DNA of 64,000 nt from Candidatus Leptofilum gracile (GCA_016713825.1 JADJOJ010000003.1:228733-292732); one strand, 5' to 3'; shown: positions 10,339 to 21,410, counted from the stretch's first letter. A program made the numbers and translations. Notes: generated by a model not told the origin, from the sequence alone.

Positions 10339-10985
10339 TTCGGGTAATTATTGCGGAAGATCACCATCTGGTGCGCCAGGGCATTTGTGCCCTGCTAGAA
10401 CAAAGTGGCACGGTTCAGGTGGTGGCTGAAGCCGCCACCGGCGAAGAAGCGGTGCAGCTAACAGAAACCCACAAGCCCGATGTGGTGGTGATGGATCTTT
10501 CCATGCCCCGCCTGGATGGGGTACAGGCGTCTGAACGCATTTTAGAGATGGATTTGCCCACGCAAATCATCATCCTTTCGATGCATGCCGACACCACCAT
10601 GGTGCAGCAGCTGCTGCGGCGCGGCGTAAAGGGATACCTGCTGAAGGATGCCGTCACCGAGGAGCTGCTGCTGGCGATCCAGTCGGTGAGCCAGGGCAAG
10701 CTGTTTCTTAGCCCCACCCTCTCTGATTCGGTGATGAGCTTGCTGCTTGCCCCACCAGATGCCCAGGCCGAGAGCATGGCCGATTTGCTGACCCCCCGTG
10801 AACGCGAAGTGTTGCAGCTGGTAGCCGAGGGGCACACCAACGGCGGTATTGCCGAAATTTTGGGCATCAGCGTGAAAACGGTAGAAAAACATCGCGCCAA
10901 CGTGATGAGCAAGCTGGAAGTGAAGGATTTGGCGTCGTTGGTGCGGGAAGGCATCAAGCAGGGGCTCATCTTTCTGGATGAATGA
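10335..10985 (+). CDS. NarL/LuxR-family response regulator
   Basis: 216 aa. ATGA overlap with the kinase stop. The receiver is canonical (AEDH, DVVVMDLSMP, KGYLLK). GerE-type HTH: LTPREREVLQLVAEGHTNGGIAEILGISVKTVEKHRANVMSKL. Confidence 0.9.
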   Translation: MIRVIIAEDHHLVRQGICALLEQSGTVQVVAEAATGEEAVQLTETHKPDVVVMDLSMPRLDGVQASERILEMDLPTQIIILSMHADTTMVQQLLRRGVKGYLLKDAVTEELLLAIQSVSQGKLFLSPTLSDSVMSLLLAPPDAQAESMADLLTPREREVLQLVAEGHTNGGIAEILGISVKTVEKHRANVMSKLEVKDLASLVREGIKQGLIFLDE

Positions 10986-11170
10986 CGCTGCTGCAGAAAG
11001 CAGGAAGAACGAAAGAAAAACCACCCGTTTACGCCTGCAAGGTAGGGTTTTCCCCCATTTGGGAATGGGCTGCTATGTGTCAAACTCGTAGGTGCAGGCG
11101 AGGGAGCCATTCGCCTGTTTTAATTGCACATCGTTATCGCTTCATCAGGCAAGCAAGTAAGATTTTATTC

Positions 11171-11560
11171 ATGATAGACAAGGTAATCCGCATTCTGGTT
11201 GCAGATGATCATCCCATTGTGCGGCAAAGCATTGTGGCGCTGCTGAATCGGGAGCCGGATATGGAAGTGGTTGGTACGGCCGTAAACGGCCGTGATGCCA
11301 TTGAAACTGCCCAAACCACCCACCCAGATGTCATTGTGATGGATATTTCCATGCCGGAACTGGATGGCATTCGTGCCGCCGGGGAAATTCTGCAACTGGG
11401 GTTGGCCGTCCCTATCATTATGCTTTCTATGCATCACAATTCGGCGCTGGTGAAGCAGGCCCGCAAGAATGGGGCCGTGGGCTACGTTGTTAAGCAGCGG
11501 GCCAACGATGCGCTCATCCCCGCCATTCGGGCCGCTTCAGCCGGGTCCGCCACCCTTTAG
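11171..11560 (+). CDS. Single-domain (CheY-like) response regulator
   Basis: 129 aa from ATG 11171. All receiver residues are present (ADDH, DVIVMDISMPELDG, LSMH, GYVVK). There is no output domain. The longer ORF from 10982 has a non-protein-like N-terminus. Confidence 0.8.
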   Translation: MIDKVIRILVADDHPIVRQSIVALLNREPDMEVVGTAVNGRDAIETAQTTHPDVIVMDISMPELDGIRAAGEILQLGLAVPIIMLSMHHNSALVKQARKNGAVGYVVKQRANDALIPAIRAASAGSATL

Positions 11561-11707
11561 CCAAATTTTTGTTCAGGGTAGGGTATTTCCCCATCAGAAG
11601 GTAGGAAACCTCCCCATGTACGGAACGGCCGTTCCCCCCCATACTAAAGCTATATGCTGAAAACAACCCCACAAAACTCAAAAACAAAATCAAAGGAGAC
11701 TTGGAAA

Positions 11708-12409
11708 ATGATTCGAATTTTGCTCGCTCATCCCTCTCGTTTGGTATCGGATTCGCTGCGCACGGCCCTGGACGGTCAAGATGATGTGTATGTCGTCGGT
11801 TGTGCCACAACTGCAGAGGAGCTTCATTTCTTGCTGCCGCACGGCAATATTGTGTTATTGGGCGCAGAATTAGACGGCACAACTGCCTTCGACATGCTCG
11901 ACGAAATTCGTACCACCCACCCAGAAACCAAAGTGCTGGTTATGGGTGTAGAAGAACAGCCTGCGCTCATTATGCGTTACGTAGAAGCTGGGGCAGCGGG
12001 CTACATTTTGCAAGATGAATCGGTAAACGACATGGTAGAGAAGTTGCAGGCCGCGCATGAGGAAAAAGCGATCGTTTCGCCGTCGATGGCTGCGGCGATG
12101 ATGGATCGCCTGACCCACCTGGCCAACCTGGAAACGCCGCTGGCCTACATCCAAGCGCGAGGTACGCAGCTAGATGAGCTGACCAATCGTGAAGAAGAGG
12201 TGCTGACGCTTATCAATGAAGGCTGCACCAACCAGGAGATTGCCGACCAGCTTATCATTGAGTGCGGCACCGTGAAGAACCATGTGCACAATATTCTCAA
12301 AAAGCTAGATGTCAGCAATCGGCACGAAGCCGCTTCGATTTACCAGGTTCATACCCACGCGGCGGCCGATTCGGGAGCCCATTTGGGCGTGGCAATGGCG
12401 ACCTTGTAG
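11708..12409 (+). CDS. LuxR-family regulator with degenerate (pseudo-)receiver domain
   Basis: 233 aa from ATG 11708, with AAAGGAG at 11692-11698. C-terminal GerE HTH: LTNREEEVLTLINEGCTNQEIADQLIIECGTVKNHVHNILKKL. In the receiver fold, the acidic pair is replaced by AH, the phospho-Asp position reads LLGAELDG, the T/S position is G, and the K position is Q. Confidence 0.8.
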   Translation: MIRILLAHPSRLVSDSLRTALDGQDDVYVVGCATTAEELHFLLPHGNIVLLGAELDGTTAFDMLDEIRTTHPETKVLVMGVEEQPALIMRYVEAGAAGYILQDESVNDMVEKLQAAHEEKAIVSPSMAAAMMDRLTHLANLETPLAYIQARGTQLDELTNREEEVLTLINEGCTNQEIADQLIIECGTVKNHVHNILKKLDVSNRHEAASIYQVHTHAAADSGAHLGVAMATL

Positions 12410-12538
12410 GGCAGAGCCTGCCCTAAAGCTGTAAATTGTGCTGCGGGTGATACGGCCAATTGGGGTTTCTTGAGCAAATGATGACAAAATCTGGCTGCCT
12501 ACTTGGAGAAAGATTTTCTAATTTGCTAAAATGCTGCC

Positions 12539-13312
12539 ATGAAAAAATCCCCCAAGCGTGTATTGTATTCTGTTGGCCTGCTGCTGCTGAGCAGTTGGGT
12601 TGGCCTGATGGTGGTAAGCTGGACGGTACGGGATACGGCCGTTTCCGCCAGCACCAATCAATTTACCTATCTTCCCCTCATCATCAAACAAACCAATGAT
12701 CCCGTTCCGTTTGGCCCCGTGCACACCGGCGATGGCACCTACTATTACGCCACCGGCGAGGGCAACTGCGCCTTCGACCCCTCGCCGCAAAATATGATGA
12801 TAGCTGCCCTTAACCATGTCGATTACGCCAACGCCGCCTACTGCGGCGCTTACATTCAGGTAACGGGGCCGCAGGGCAGCGTGATGGTGCGCATTGTGGA
12901 CCAATGCGCCAATTGCCCGGAAGGAGACGTGGATTTGAGCGTCGAAGCGTTTGCCAAGATCGCCCCCATCTCCGCCGGGCGGGTGCCCATTAGCTGGCAG
13001 TTTGTTAGCCCGCCGCTGGATGGCCCGGTGCAGTATTACTTCAAGTCAGACAGCCATAACTATTGGATGGCCCTGCAAATGCGCAACCACCGCAACCCGA
13101 TTGCCAAATTTGAATTTTGGAATGGCAGTAGCTTTGTAGAAATACCCCGCGCGTCTTACAACTATTATGAAATTCAAAGCTCTGGCGGCCCGTTTACCAG
13201 CCCTTTTAGGTTCCGCGTGACGGATTCGTTTGGCAATGTGTTGGTAGACAACAATATTCCGTTTAGCCCTGGCGTGGCGGTAAACGGCAGCGCCCAGTTC
13301 CCTGCGCCTTAG
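12539..13312 (+). CDS. Secreted bacterial expansin-like protein (DPBB domain plus CBM63-like domain)
   Basis: 257 aa with an N-terminal signal/anchor. GDGTYYYATGEGNCAF...AYCGAYIQVTGPQGSVMVRIVDQCANCPEGDVDLSVEAF is an expansin domain-1 pattern. The aromatic-rich second domain reads YWMALQMRNHRNPIAKFEFWNGSSF. Confidence 0.75.
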   Translation: MKKSPKRVLYSVGLLLLSSWVGLMVVSWTVRDTAVSASTNQFTYLPLIIKQTNDPVPFGPVHTGDGTYYYATGEGNCAFDPSPQNMMIAALNHVDYANAAYCGAYIQVTGPQGSVMVRIVDQCANCPEGDVDLSVEAFAKIAPISAGRVPISWQFVSPPLDGPVQYYFKSDSHNYWMALQMRNHRNPIAKFEFWNGSSFVEIPRASYNYYEIQSSGGPFTSPFRFRVTDSFGNVLVDNNIPFSPGVAVNGSAQFPAP

Positions 13313-13509
13313 TAAGCGGCCAACAAAAACTTCCCCTTTTAGGTAGCTGCTCACTGGTAAACCGTCCGTACAATTCCGTTAAAGTTTTTGCGGACGGTTA
13401 CTTAATGCTCTGTTAGCTAAATTCTTTTACAAGGCAAAACCAATCAGAGCAGTGGAAGCTTTGTGGGTTTTGCCAAAAACTTTACTAACAAAATTGCCTA
13501 ACAAAGCAC

Positions 13510-16485
13510 TTAGCTGTGTACGGCCGTTTGGTAAATCCGGTGCAGCGCTTCCTCTAGCAGCTCAATGCGAATCGGTTTGCTGATGTAATCATCCATCCCC
13601 AGTTCAAGGTAATTTTCCCGGTCGCCTTTGAGCGCATTGGCCGTCATGGCGATGATGCGTGGGCGTTGTGCGGCGGGCCAATCGGCCAAAATGCGTTGGG
13701 TGGCCACCACACCATCCATCTCTGGCATTTGCACATCCATGAGCACCACATCGTACCGCTGGCGGCGCAAGGCTACCAGCACCTCTTCACCATTGGCGGC
13801 CACGTCGGCCCGGTACCCCATGCGTTCTAGCATGCGCAGCGCCACTTTTTGGTTCACCATGTTGTCTTCGGCCAGCAAGATGCGCAGGGGTGATTCTTTA
13901 CCGGCGTTGGCATTGATGCCGCTGGTTAGTGGGGGCCGACTGTTGGCGGCGCTGCTGCCACCGTTTTGGGCAAGCACGTCGTGGAGAATCATTTTTAACT
14001 GGTACTGCTTGATCGGTTTGGTAATTTGCCAGGCGATGTTCAGTTCAGCGCCTTCGGCTTGTTTCATGCCCAGCGAGGAGAGCAAGATGAGGGGGAGCTT
14101 CGCATTTTGTTGCTGGCTGCGAATTTGGCGGGCCAGGCTAATGCCATCTTCGTGAGGCATTTGCATATCCAGGATGACCAGATCGAAGGGGGGGTGGCTG
14201 ACTATTTTTTGCATTGCGGCGGCGGCCGAAACGGCCGTTTCGGCCTGCATTCCCCATTTTTGCGTGTGCCGAGACACAATCAGGCAGTTGGTTTTGTTGT
14301 CGTCTACAATCAGCACTCGTTTGCCTGCCAGCGGGTTGGCTTGCTCGTGGGATTGTTCGCTGGCGGCCTCCGCAAAGGGTAGCTTGAGCAGTTCAACATC
14401 AAAATGAAACGTTGAGCCTTGCCCCGGCTGGCTCTCTGCCCAGATGCGGCCGCCCATGAGTTCTACCAAATTTTTGCAAATGACCAGCCCCAGGCCCGTG
14501 CCGCCAAATTGGCGCGTGGTCGAGGCATCTGCCTGGCTAAACGCCTGAAACAGCTTGTCTAGCCGGTCGGTGGGGATGCCAATGCCGGTGTCGTTGATGG
14601 CAAAATGGAGCCGGATGTTGTCGTTGTGGCTGGCCACGTGCCGCACAAACACAGACACTTCGCCCTGGTGGGTAAATTTGACGGCATTGCCCAGCAGGTT
14701 TACCAACACCTGGCGCAGCCGGGTTACATCGCCCATGACCATTGTGGGCACGTCATCGGCGATGTAGTAGAGCAGTTCCAACGTTTTTTCGGCGGCTTTG
14801 GCCGAAACCAGATCGAGCGCTTCTTCCAGGCAAATGTTCAGGTCGAACGGGCTTTCTTCCAGGGTTAGCTGCCCGGCTTCAATTTTGGAATAGTCGAGGA
14901 TGTCGTTGATGAGGATAAGCAGGTTGTTGCTGCTGCCGCGAATGGTGCGCACAAACTCTTCTTGTTCTTCGTCTAGTTGGGTGTCATCTAGCAGGGTGGT
15001 CATGCCGATGACGGCATTGAGGGGGGTGCGGATCTCATGGCTCATGTTGGCCAGGAAGGCGCTTTTGGCGCGAGCGGCCGTTTCGGCTTCGTCTTTGGCT
15101 TGTTGCAACGCTTCTTTGACCCGCTCGTTGCCAATGGCCATGCCCAGCAGTTCCCCTATTTGCCGCAGCGCTTCCAGGCGCACGGGCAGGCGAGATGGGT
15201 TGGGTGCTGTGTACAAAAACAGGGTGCCCAACACTTCGTCTAGATGCATGATGGGCACAATGTAATGGCCGTGGTTGGTCATGGTTTCTGGTTGGCGTTG
15301 GTGACGAATGTCTGAAAAACAGCCATCAGAAACGAGCAGCTGCCCGGTAACGGCCGTTTGCCCGCAAAGGCATTCACCCAGGGCGATGGTTTGTTCTGCC
15401 TGTAAAAATTGTGGAGACAGATCCCCCCGGGTGGTAAAAAGGTGCAGCAGGTTGCTGTCTGGCTGGCGCAAGAAAATGCCAGCTTTTTGCGCCAGCTGCA
15501 TGCCATCCATGTTCATTAGCTCATCGAGTACGGCGTTGAATCTGGCTTGTAACGGCCGTTGCTCTTGCAAAATATGCCCCACTTTGGCTTTAACCTCGGC
15601 CGCTTCTTTGGCCAGGGCTTGCTGCTCTTCGCGGGCGACCTCGGCCGAAATGTCGCGCTGAATAGAGATGTAGCCCAGCAGGTCGCCGTCATCGTGCCAA
15701 ATGGGGGCGTTGATGCTTTGTGCCCAGTACCCCCCGCCATTTTCTGAGGTGGCCTGCCCCATCAGCTTGAGCGGTATGCCTGCTTTGCGCTGATTGAGCA
15801 CCCGGCTTTCCCACGTTTTGCCCTGTTTTAAGGTTTGCCACATTTGCTGGTAATATGCCGCTGGCATTTGCCCACTGCTTAAAATGTGCGGGTTTTGGCC
15901 GATTGCTTCTTCGGCAGGCCAGCCGGTAATTCTGGTAAAAGCGGGGTTTACATATTCAATCTGGCCATCGGGATCGGTAATAAAGATCGCTTCGGAGATG
16001 GCTTCGATGGCCATGACCAGGGGTTTCATTTTCTGTTCGATTCGCTTGCGTTCCTGAATTTCTTGCTCTAGCTGGTTGGCGTACCGCTGCAGCGCAGCTT
16101 CGGTTCTTTTTTGGCGCAGGTGCAGGCGTACGCGGGCCAGCAGTTCCGCTTTTTCGATGGGCTTAACCATGTAGTCGTGGGCCCCACCCCGGAACGCCTG
16201 TACTTTGTCTTCTACCTGGGCCATGGCCGAGATCATGATAATCTTCATTTGGGACAGGGTGATGTTGCTCTGGACGAGTTCTAGCAGCTCGAAACCGTTT
16301 AGCACTGGCATCATAATGTCTAGCAGCAGCAGGTCTATATCGGGATGTTCTTCTAGGATGATGAGGGCATCTACGCCGGAAACGGCCGTAAATACCGCAT
16401 ACCCCTCCTGTTCGAGCAACCGCTTCATCACAAAGCGGGCCGCTTCTTCATCATCAACAACAAGAATTTTTGCTTGATCATGCAT
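13510..16485 (-). CDS. Hybrid sensor histidine kinase (REC-PAS-GAF-HisKA-HATPase-REC-REC)
   Basis: 991 aa. N-terminal receiver ([15 protein letters not shown]). PAS segment ([21 protein letters not shown]). H-box [18 protein letters not shown]. Two C-terminal receivers ([18 protein letters not shown]). Confidence 0.9.
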   Translation of the reverse strand: MHDQAKILVVDDEEAARFVMKRLLEQEGYAVFTAVSGVDALIILEEHPDIDLLLLDIMMPVLNGFELLELVQSNITLSQMKIIMISAMAQVEDKVQAFRGGAHDYMVKPIEKAELLARVRLHLRQKRTEAALQRYANQLEQEIQERKRIEQKMKPLVMAIEAISEAIFITDPDGQIEYVNPAFTRITGWPAEEAIGQNPHILSSGQMPAAYYQQMWQTLKQGKTWESRVLNQRKAGIPLKLMGQATSENGGGYWAQSINAPIWHDDGDLLGYISIQRDISAEVAREEQQALAKEAAEVKAKVGHILQEQRPLQARFNAVLDELMNMDGMQLAQKAGIFLRQPDSNLLHLFTTRGDLSPQFLQAEQTIALGECLCGQTAVTGQLLVSDGCFSDIRHQRQPETMTNHGHYIVPIMHLDEVLGTLFLYTAPNPSRLPVRLEALRQIGELLGMAIGNERVKEALQQAKDEAETAARAKSAFLANMSHEIRTPLNAVIGMTTLLDDTQLDEEQEEFVRTIRGSSNNLLILINDILDYSKIEAGQLTLEESPFDLNICLEEALDLVSAKAAEKTLELLYYIADDVPTMVMGDVTRLRQVLVNLLGNAVKFTHQGEVSVFVRHVASHNDNIRLHFAINDTGIGIPTDRLDKLFQAFSQADASTTRQFGGTGLGLVICKNLVELMGGRIWAESQPGQGSTFHFDVELLKLPFAEAASEQSHEQANPLAGKRVLIVDDNKTNCLIVSRHTQKWGMQAETAVSAAAAMQKIVSHPPFDLVILDMQMPHEDGISLARQIRSQQQNAKLPLILLSSLGMKQAEGAELNIAWQITKPIKQYQLKMILHDVLAQNGGSSAANSRPPLTSGINANAGKESPLRILLAEDNMVNQKVALRMLERMGYRADVAANGEEVLVALRRQRYDVVLMDVQMPEMDGVVATQRILADWPAAQRPRIIAMTANALKGDRENYLELGMDDYISKPIRIELLEEALHRIYQTAVHS

Positions 16486-19162
16486 CTTTCTTGAATCCTT
16501 CTATCAGGTGCAATAAATCTGACTTTTGGAACGGTTTGGTTATAAACCCATCGGCCCCAGACGCCTGTGCCTGGGCTTCGTCTGCTTGCTGAGTGGCGGC
16601 GGTAAATATGATGATGGGAATGTGCTGTGTGGTTTTGTTGGCTTTCAACGTTTTGCACACGTCATAGCCAGAAATGCCCGGCAGCCAGGCATCTAGCAAG
16701 ATGAGGTTGGGGTGGTCTTGCATGGCGGCTTTTAGGCCGGTGGCGCTGGTGTGGGCGGTGATCACCTGGTAATGGTCAGCCAGCATGCGCTCGGTTATAT
16801 CAATGGCGGCCGTTTCATCATCAATGATGAGGATTTTGGTGTGGCCATTGCTGTAAATGGCGGCCTCGGCTTCTGGGGCGGCGTGGCTGAACTTGGTGGC
16901 TTTATAGATGGGGGTGGGGGAAACGGCCGTTTCTGCCGCTTCTGCCGCTGCCGCAAAAGGCAGCCGCACATGAAAAGTGCTCCCTTCGCCATACACACTC
17001 TCTACCCAGACCTCGCCCTGGTGCGCCTCCACAATACCTTTCACAATGGGTAGCCCCAGACCGCTGCCGCCTGCCATAAAAGAATCCTTCCCCGTTTTGT
17101 GTTTAGACAGGTCGCCAGCCGTGTAAAAACGGCTAAAGATCTTGTCCTGATGTTCCGGCTGAATGCCGACCCCGTTGTCTTGCACCGTCAGGTGCAGCTT
17201 GTTCGCTTCTGCGTGGGCGGTGATGGTGATTTGGCCCCCGTCTGGCGTGTATTTGATGGCGTTCCCCAGCAAATTGATAAGCACCTGGCTAATGCGGTCC
17301 TGGTCGCCAACCAGCGGTGGCAAATTAGCCGGGGCCTCAATCACCAGCGAATGGTGGCGACGATCGAGCGTTGGCTTCTGCTCCAGGGCAATTTCATGCA
17401 GCAGTTGGGCCACATCGAACGGCTCTGGGTGCAGGGCCAGCTTGTTTTCTTCAATGCGAGACAGGTCTAGCAGCTCGGTAACAATGCGGGCCAGCCGGAC
17501 GGTGTTGCGCGAAACGGTTTTGAGCATTTGCTGCTGCTCGTCGTTAACCGGGCCAGCATTGCCGTCTTGCAGCAGCTCCACGTACCCTTTAATGGCGATG
17601 AGCGGCGTGCGCAGCTCGTGCGAAGCCATGGAGATAAATTGGGATTTCAGCGCGTCTAGCTTTTTTAATTCAGCATTGGCGGTGGCAATTTCGCCAATGT
17701 TGTGCTGTAGATCATCGGCCATCTGGTTGAAGGTTTTGGCCAGGTCTTCAATTTCATCACCCGAGTGCACGACGATGCGGTGTTCCAGCTCGCCAGCGCC
17801 AAATTTGCGGGTGCCTTCTTCTAGCTGGTGAATGGGCGTAGAAATGGAGCGGGAGAACAGCAGGGCCAGGGGCACCACCAGCAGCACAATGCCACCCAGG
17901 GTTAGCAGAAATTTGGTAATAAAATCATGTGAGCGCTCTTGGATGACAACGGCCGTTTCCGCCGTATTCTGCTCGATTTTGACATTGGTTTGCAGCGCGG
18001 GGGCAATCACCTCGCTAACCGGCACCACAATGCCCACGCTCCAATGGGTCACCTCAACCGGGTGATACGCAAAAAAGTAGCTGGTGTCGGTTTCCTCAGC
18101 CCCGGCTGTATAGGTGGTTAAATTGGTTTCCCCGGCAATCATCGCCTGGATCAGCTGTAAAAAATTTTCGTCCTCGCTTTCATTCAGGAAAAAGGCGAAC
18201 TCTTCATCGTTGCCAAAATCGCCAGACAAGCTGCCCTGGAAGCCCAGAAACCGTGACGCACGTTCGGGGAAGGCAATTGCCTGGCCCTGGTCAGACATCA
18301 AAAAGGCGAAACCGGTTTGCTCAACCTGTACGTTGAGAATCTCATCAATCATTTTGCCCAGGGTGATGTCGATACCCACAACTCCTTTTAGCTGATCGCC
18401 CACGTATACCGGGGCCACGCAAGAAACCATCCAACCCAGCCCGGCCGGGTCCCAATAAAGCTCTGTCCACACAGGCTGGCGGGTGGGATTGTGGGTGGCG
18501 TCAGCCAAAAAGAAGAAATCGAATGAGCTCAAATCCATGTCAGACGGGAACTGCTCGGTTGCATCAATCCACAAATAGTCGTTGTCGATGAAGGGCATGC
18601 CGCGTGAGAGTTGGCTGCTGGTGTTGAGGTAAAGCTGCACGGCGTAGGGATTGCTGTGGGCAATGCTGCGGAATTTCACGTCCATAAATTCGGTGAGGTG
18701 AATTTCATCTAGCAATGCCTGGCTGGCCTGCCCCTGGGCGTCTAGCCCCAGGGTAGAGGCTACCAGCCAGGAGTTTTCGTTGGGTGCCTGGCTGCCGAAG
18801 GAGCCGTTGGCGGCGTAGGTGTAGGTGGTGGTGTGCGGGTAACGGCCGTAACTGTCTGGATGGTTGTACAAAAAGGTGGCATAGGCGGCCAATTCGGCCG
18901 TATCTGCCGCTACCCGGGCTAAAACCTCGTTGATGTCCCCTGCAATGGCCCCTGTGTGGTGGTTCAGGTCTAGCTGCTTTTCGCGGGTCAGCGCCGCCAT
19001 GCTGTCTGTCATGGCCAGCGAGGCAACGTTTTGGCTGCTCTCAGTTGCAATTTCTCGCAGCCGCAAGCTGTTGTTGTACCCAATAATCCCCGCTAAAAGT
19101 AGGGGGATTAGCGTTGTACACAGCAGTACAGCAATCAATTTTGTAGATATTTTGATGTGCAT
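16478..19162 (-). CDS. Sensor histidine kinase with periplasmic Cache-like domain, HAMP, HisKA, HATPase and C-terminal receiver
   Basis: 894 aa. An N-terminal TM is followed by a large extracytoplasmic region, a second TM, then HAMP. H-box [15 protein letters not shown]. Receiver residues ILIIDDE and LILLDAWLP. It has an 8-nt overlap with the downstream kinase start. Confidence 0.85.
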   Translation of the reverse strand: MHIKISTKLIAVLLCTTLIPLLLAGIIGYNNSLRLREIATESSQNVASLAMTDSMAALTREKQLDLNHHTGAIAGDINEVLARVAADTAELAAYATFLYNHPDSYGRYPHTTTYTYAANGSFGSQAPNENSWLVASTLGLDAQGQASQALLDEIHLTEFMDVKFRSIAHSNPYAVQLYLNTSSQLSRGMPFIDNDYLWIDATEQFPSDMDLSSFDFFFLADATHNPTRQPVWTELYWDPAGLGWMVSCVAPVYVGDQLKGVVGIDITLGKMIDEILNVQVEQTGFAFLMSDQGQAIAFPERASRFLGFQGSLSGDFGNDEEFAFFLNESEDENFLQLIQAMIAGETNLTTYTAGAEETDTSYFFAYHPVEVTHWSVGIVVPVSEVIAPALQTNVKIEQNTAETAVVIQERSHDFITKFLLTLGGIVLLVVPLALLFSRSISTPIHQLEEGTRKFGAGELEHRIVVHSGDEIEDLAKTFNQMADDLQHNIGEIATANAELKKLDALKSQFISMASHELRTPLIAIKGYVELLQDGNAGPVNDEQQQMLKTVSRNTVRLARIVTELLDLSRIEENKLALHPEPFDVAQLLHEIALEQKPTLDRRHHSLVIEAPANLPPLVGDQDRISQVLINLLGNAIKYTPDGGQITITAHAEANKLHLTVQDNGVGIQPEHQDKIFSRFYTAGDLSKHKTGKDSFMAGGSGLGLPIVKGIVEAHQGEVWVESVYGEGSTFHVRLPFAAAAEAAETAVSPTPIYKATKFSHAAPEAEAAIYSNGHTKILIIDDETAAIDITERMLADHYQVITAHTSATGLKAAMQDHPNLILLDAWLPGISGYDVCKTLKANKTTQHIPIIIFTAATQQADEAQAQASGADGFITKPFQKSDLLHLIEGFKKDA

Positions 19163-19344
19163 AAGCGTTGTTCCTTAAGCCAAAGTTGGGGTTCTGGTAT
19201 CGCTTCGAATTGCTATTGCAGGCAACAATTAAAGTATAAATTTTGGCAAACAGCTGCCTCAATGGGAAAAGAAGACCAAACGCCGTGAAGGAGCCGTAAA
19301 GAACTGCCTTTGCCATCCGGCCCAGGCCATCTTTTTTTAGCGGT

Positions 19345-20232
19345 GTGCCCATGCGAGATACAGTTTGCTACAATGGAGGCATGAATAGCTCTAAAAACGC
19401 TCCGCTTGTTGTGGCCTTTGTGGCCGATTTACTGTTTACGACGCGCATTCAAAACGTGGTGGATCATCTGGGTTGGCGCATTGAGTGGGTGGAAACGGCC
19501 GTATCCATCGGCACCCCCCACTCCCCCAACCAGCCTGAACGCCCCGGCGAATCCTTGCACGGCACCGAGGGCAAACTGTTTGAGCAAATCACCGCCTGGC
19601 AGCCCGCCCTGCTGCTGTTCGACCTCACCAACCCGCAAATCCCCTGGCGACGCTGGATGCCCATCCTCAAATCCTCCCCCGCCACGCGCCGCCTGCCCAT
19701 CCTCGCCTTTGGCCCGCATGAAGACAAAGAAACGATGCAAGACGCCAAAAAGCTGGGGGCCAACTGGGTGGTGGGGCGCTCTCGCTTCACCTCGGCCATG
19801 CCAGACCTGCTGCAAAAATACGCCCGCATCCCAGACCGCGACGCCCTGGCCGCCAGCTGCGCTGAGCCGCTGGCCGAGCTGGCCAAAGAAGGCATTGCCC
19901 TTTTTAACCAGGGCGAATATTACAAATGCCACGACGCCCTGGAAGAGGCGTGGATGGCGGACCAAAGCCCGGCGCGAGAGCTGTATCGGGGCATTTTGCA
20001 GGTGGGCATTGCCTACTACCAAATTCAGCGGGGCAACTACCGGGGGGCAATCAAGATGCTGCTGCGCCTGCGCCAATGGCTAGACCCGCTGCCGCCAGTT
20101 TGCCGGGGGGTCAATATCGCCAAGCTGCGCCAAAACGCCGCCGAGGTTCAGGAAATTCTTACCGAGCTGGGGCCAGAGCGGGTGGGGGCGTTTGATACGG
20201 CCGTCATCCAACCCATCGAATACGCCGACTGA
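19345..20232 (+). CDS. DUF309-domain protein with N-terminal receiver-like domain
   Basis: 295 aa from GTG 19345; alternative ATG starts at 19351 and 19381. The C-terminal YYKCHDALEEAWM...YRGILQVGIAYYQIQRGNYRGA is a DUF309 pattern. Confidence 0.6.
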   Translation: MPMRDTVCYNGGMNSSKNAPLVVAFVADLLFTTRIQNVVDHLGWRIEWVETAVSIGTPHSPNQPERPGESLHGTEGKLFEQITAWQPALLLFDLTNPQIPWRRWMPILKSSPATRRLPILAFGPHEDKETMQDAKKLGANWVVGRSRFTSAMPDLLQKYARIPDRDALAASCAEPLAELAKEGIALFNQGEYYKCHDALEEAWMADQSPARELYRGILQVGIAYYQIQRGNYRGAIKMLLRLRQWLDPLPPVCRGVNIAKLRQNAAEVQEILTELGPERVGAFDTAVIQPIEYAD

Positions 20233-20266
20233 TTCTTTGAAGCAAATCATTTAGCATGGTGTATCT

Positions 20267-20322
20267 ATGATGCGTGATGCGTGAGGCGTGAGGCATTCTG
20301 GTCACGCGTCACGCATCACGCC
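20267..20322. repeat. Hairpin whose arms are tandem heptamers (GTGATGC/GTGAGGC x4, loop, GTCACGC x3)
   Basis: Direct reading: ATGATGC GTGATGC GTGAGGC GTGAGGC attctg GTCACGC GTCACGC ATCACGC. It lies immediately after the DUF309 gene stop (20232). Confidence 0.85.
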
Positions 20323-20375
20323 AAGAAACCCCCAAGCCCCCCATCTGCGCAATTTGTGGTTTTTAATTTTCCCCC

Positions 20376-20404
20376 TTGACTTTGACACTGTGTCAAGCTG
20401 TAAG
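20376..20404 (+). promoter_or_regulatory. Putative promoter (TTGACT-N17-TGTAAG) with an embedded 15-nt perfect palindrome TTGACACTGTGTCAA
   Basis: -35 TTGACT at 20376-20381. The palindrome at 20382-20396 fills the spacer. A weak -10 lies at 20399-20404. This is ~40 nt upstream of the CAGGAG RBS/ATG of the 20445 gene. Confidence 0.4.
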
Positions 20405-20444
20405 CTCCTGGCAGTTAAACAAAAACAACTTCAGGAGTTGAATC

Positions 20445-21410
20445 ATGAACCAACAAATTGAGCATGTCATTTTAGGCACCGGCCAGCTGGGTCTGGCCAT
20501 TATGGATGAATTGGTGGCCGCCGGGCAGCCCGTGAAGCTGGTAAACCGCAGCGGGCGCGTCAACGAAACCTTGCCTGCTGGCGTCATTTTGGCAACGGCC
20601 GATGCCACCAATCCCGACGAAGTAGCCCGCGTCACAGCCGGAGCCAACGTCGTTTTCTTCTGCGTGCAGCCCGCCTACCACCAATGGCCAGAGAAGTTCC
20701 CGCCGCTGGCGGCCAGCGTCATCGAGGGCGTGGCCCGCAGCGGGGCCAAGCTGGTGTTTGGCGACAATCTGTACATGTACGGCCCAACCGCTGGCCAACC
20801 GCTCCACGAGAATTTGCCCTATGCCGCCGCCACGCGCAAGGGAAAAGCGCGGGCGCAGGTGGCCAACCTGCTGCTGGCGGCCCACAAAGCGGGCAAACTC
20901 CAGGTAACCATCGGCCGCGCCTCCGACTTTTACGGCCCGCGCGTTACCGATTCTATGGCGGGGGAGATGCTGTTTGAGGCGGCGCTGCACGGCAAAACGG
21001 TGAACCTGACCGGTAACCTGAATTTGCCCCACACGCTCACCTACATTCGGGATTTTGCCCGGGCACTGGTGATCCTGAGCCAAAACGAGGCGGCATACGG
21101 CCGTACCTGGCACGTCCCCAGCGCCGAAACCCTCACTCAAAACCAATTCATCAAGCTGGTGGAAGCGGAAATCGGCCAGCCGATCAAGGTGCGCACAGCC
21201 GGCAAAATGATCCTGCGGCTCATTGGCTTGTTTAATCCAGCGGCCGGTGAGGTGGTAGAAATGATGTACGAGTTTGACGAACCATTCATCGTTGATCACA
21301 GCCAGTTTGCCGCCACATTTGGCGTCCAGGTAACGCCCCATGCCCAGGCGATTGGCGAAACGGTGGCCTGGTACCAAAATCAGGGCGAATTGGTGGCGGC
21401 GGTGGGGTGA
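20445..21410 (+). CDS. NAD(P)-binding epimerase/dehydratase (atypical SDR) family protein
   Basis: 321 aa. CAGGAG RBS. N-terminal Rossmann motif ILGTGQLGLAIMDELVAAGQPVKLVNRSG. Confidence 0.75.
   Translation: MNQQIEHVILGTGQLGLAIMDELVAAGQPVKLVNRSGRVNETLPAGVILATADATNPDEVARVTAGANVVFFCVQPAYHQWPEKFPPLAASVIEGVARSGAKLVFGDNLYMYGPTAGQPLHENLPYAAATRKGKARAQVANLLLAAHKAGKLQVTIGRASDFYGPRVTDSMAGEMLFEAALHGKTVNLTGNLNLPHTLTYIRDFARALVILSQNEAAYGRTWHVPSAETLTQNQFIKLVEAEIGQPIKVRTAGKMILRLIGLFNPAAGEVVEMMYEFDEPFIVDHSQFAATFGVQVTPHAQAIGETVAWYQNQGELVAAVG

Noticed and set aside
10982-11170. N-terminal extensions given by the longest-ORF calls at 10982, 11654, 37565, 37604, 41058, 47279, 50090, 52865, 7591 and 31876.
   Set aside because: The extensions are non-protein-like (Cys/Arg/Trp-rich), or are encoded by repeats or terminators, or begin at TTG/GTG. 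Internal ATG codons with Shine-Dalgarno sequences coincide with the start of domain homology.
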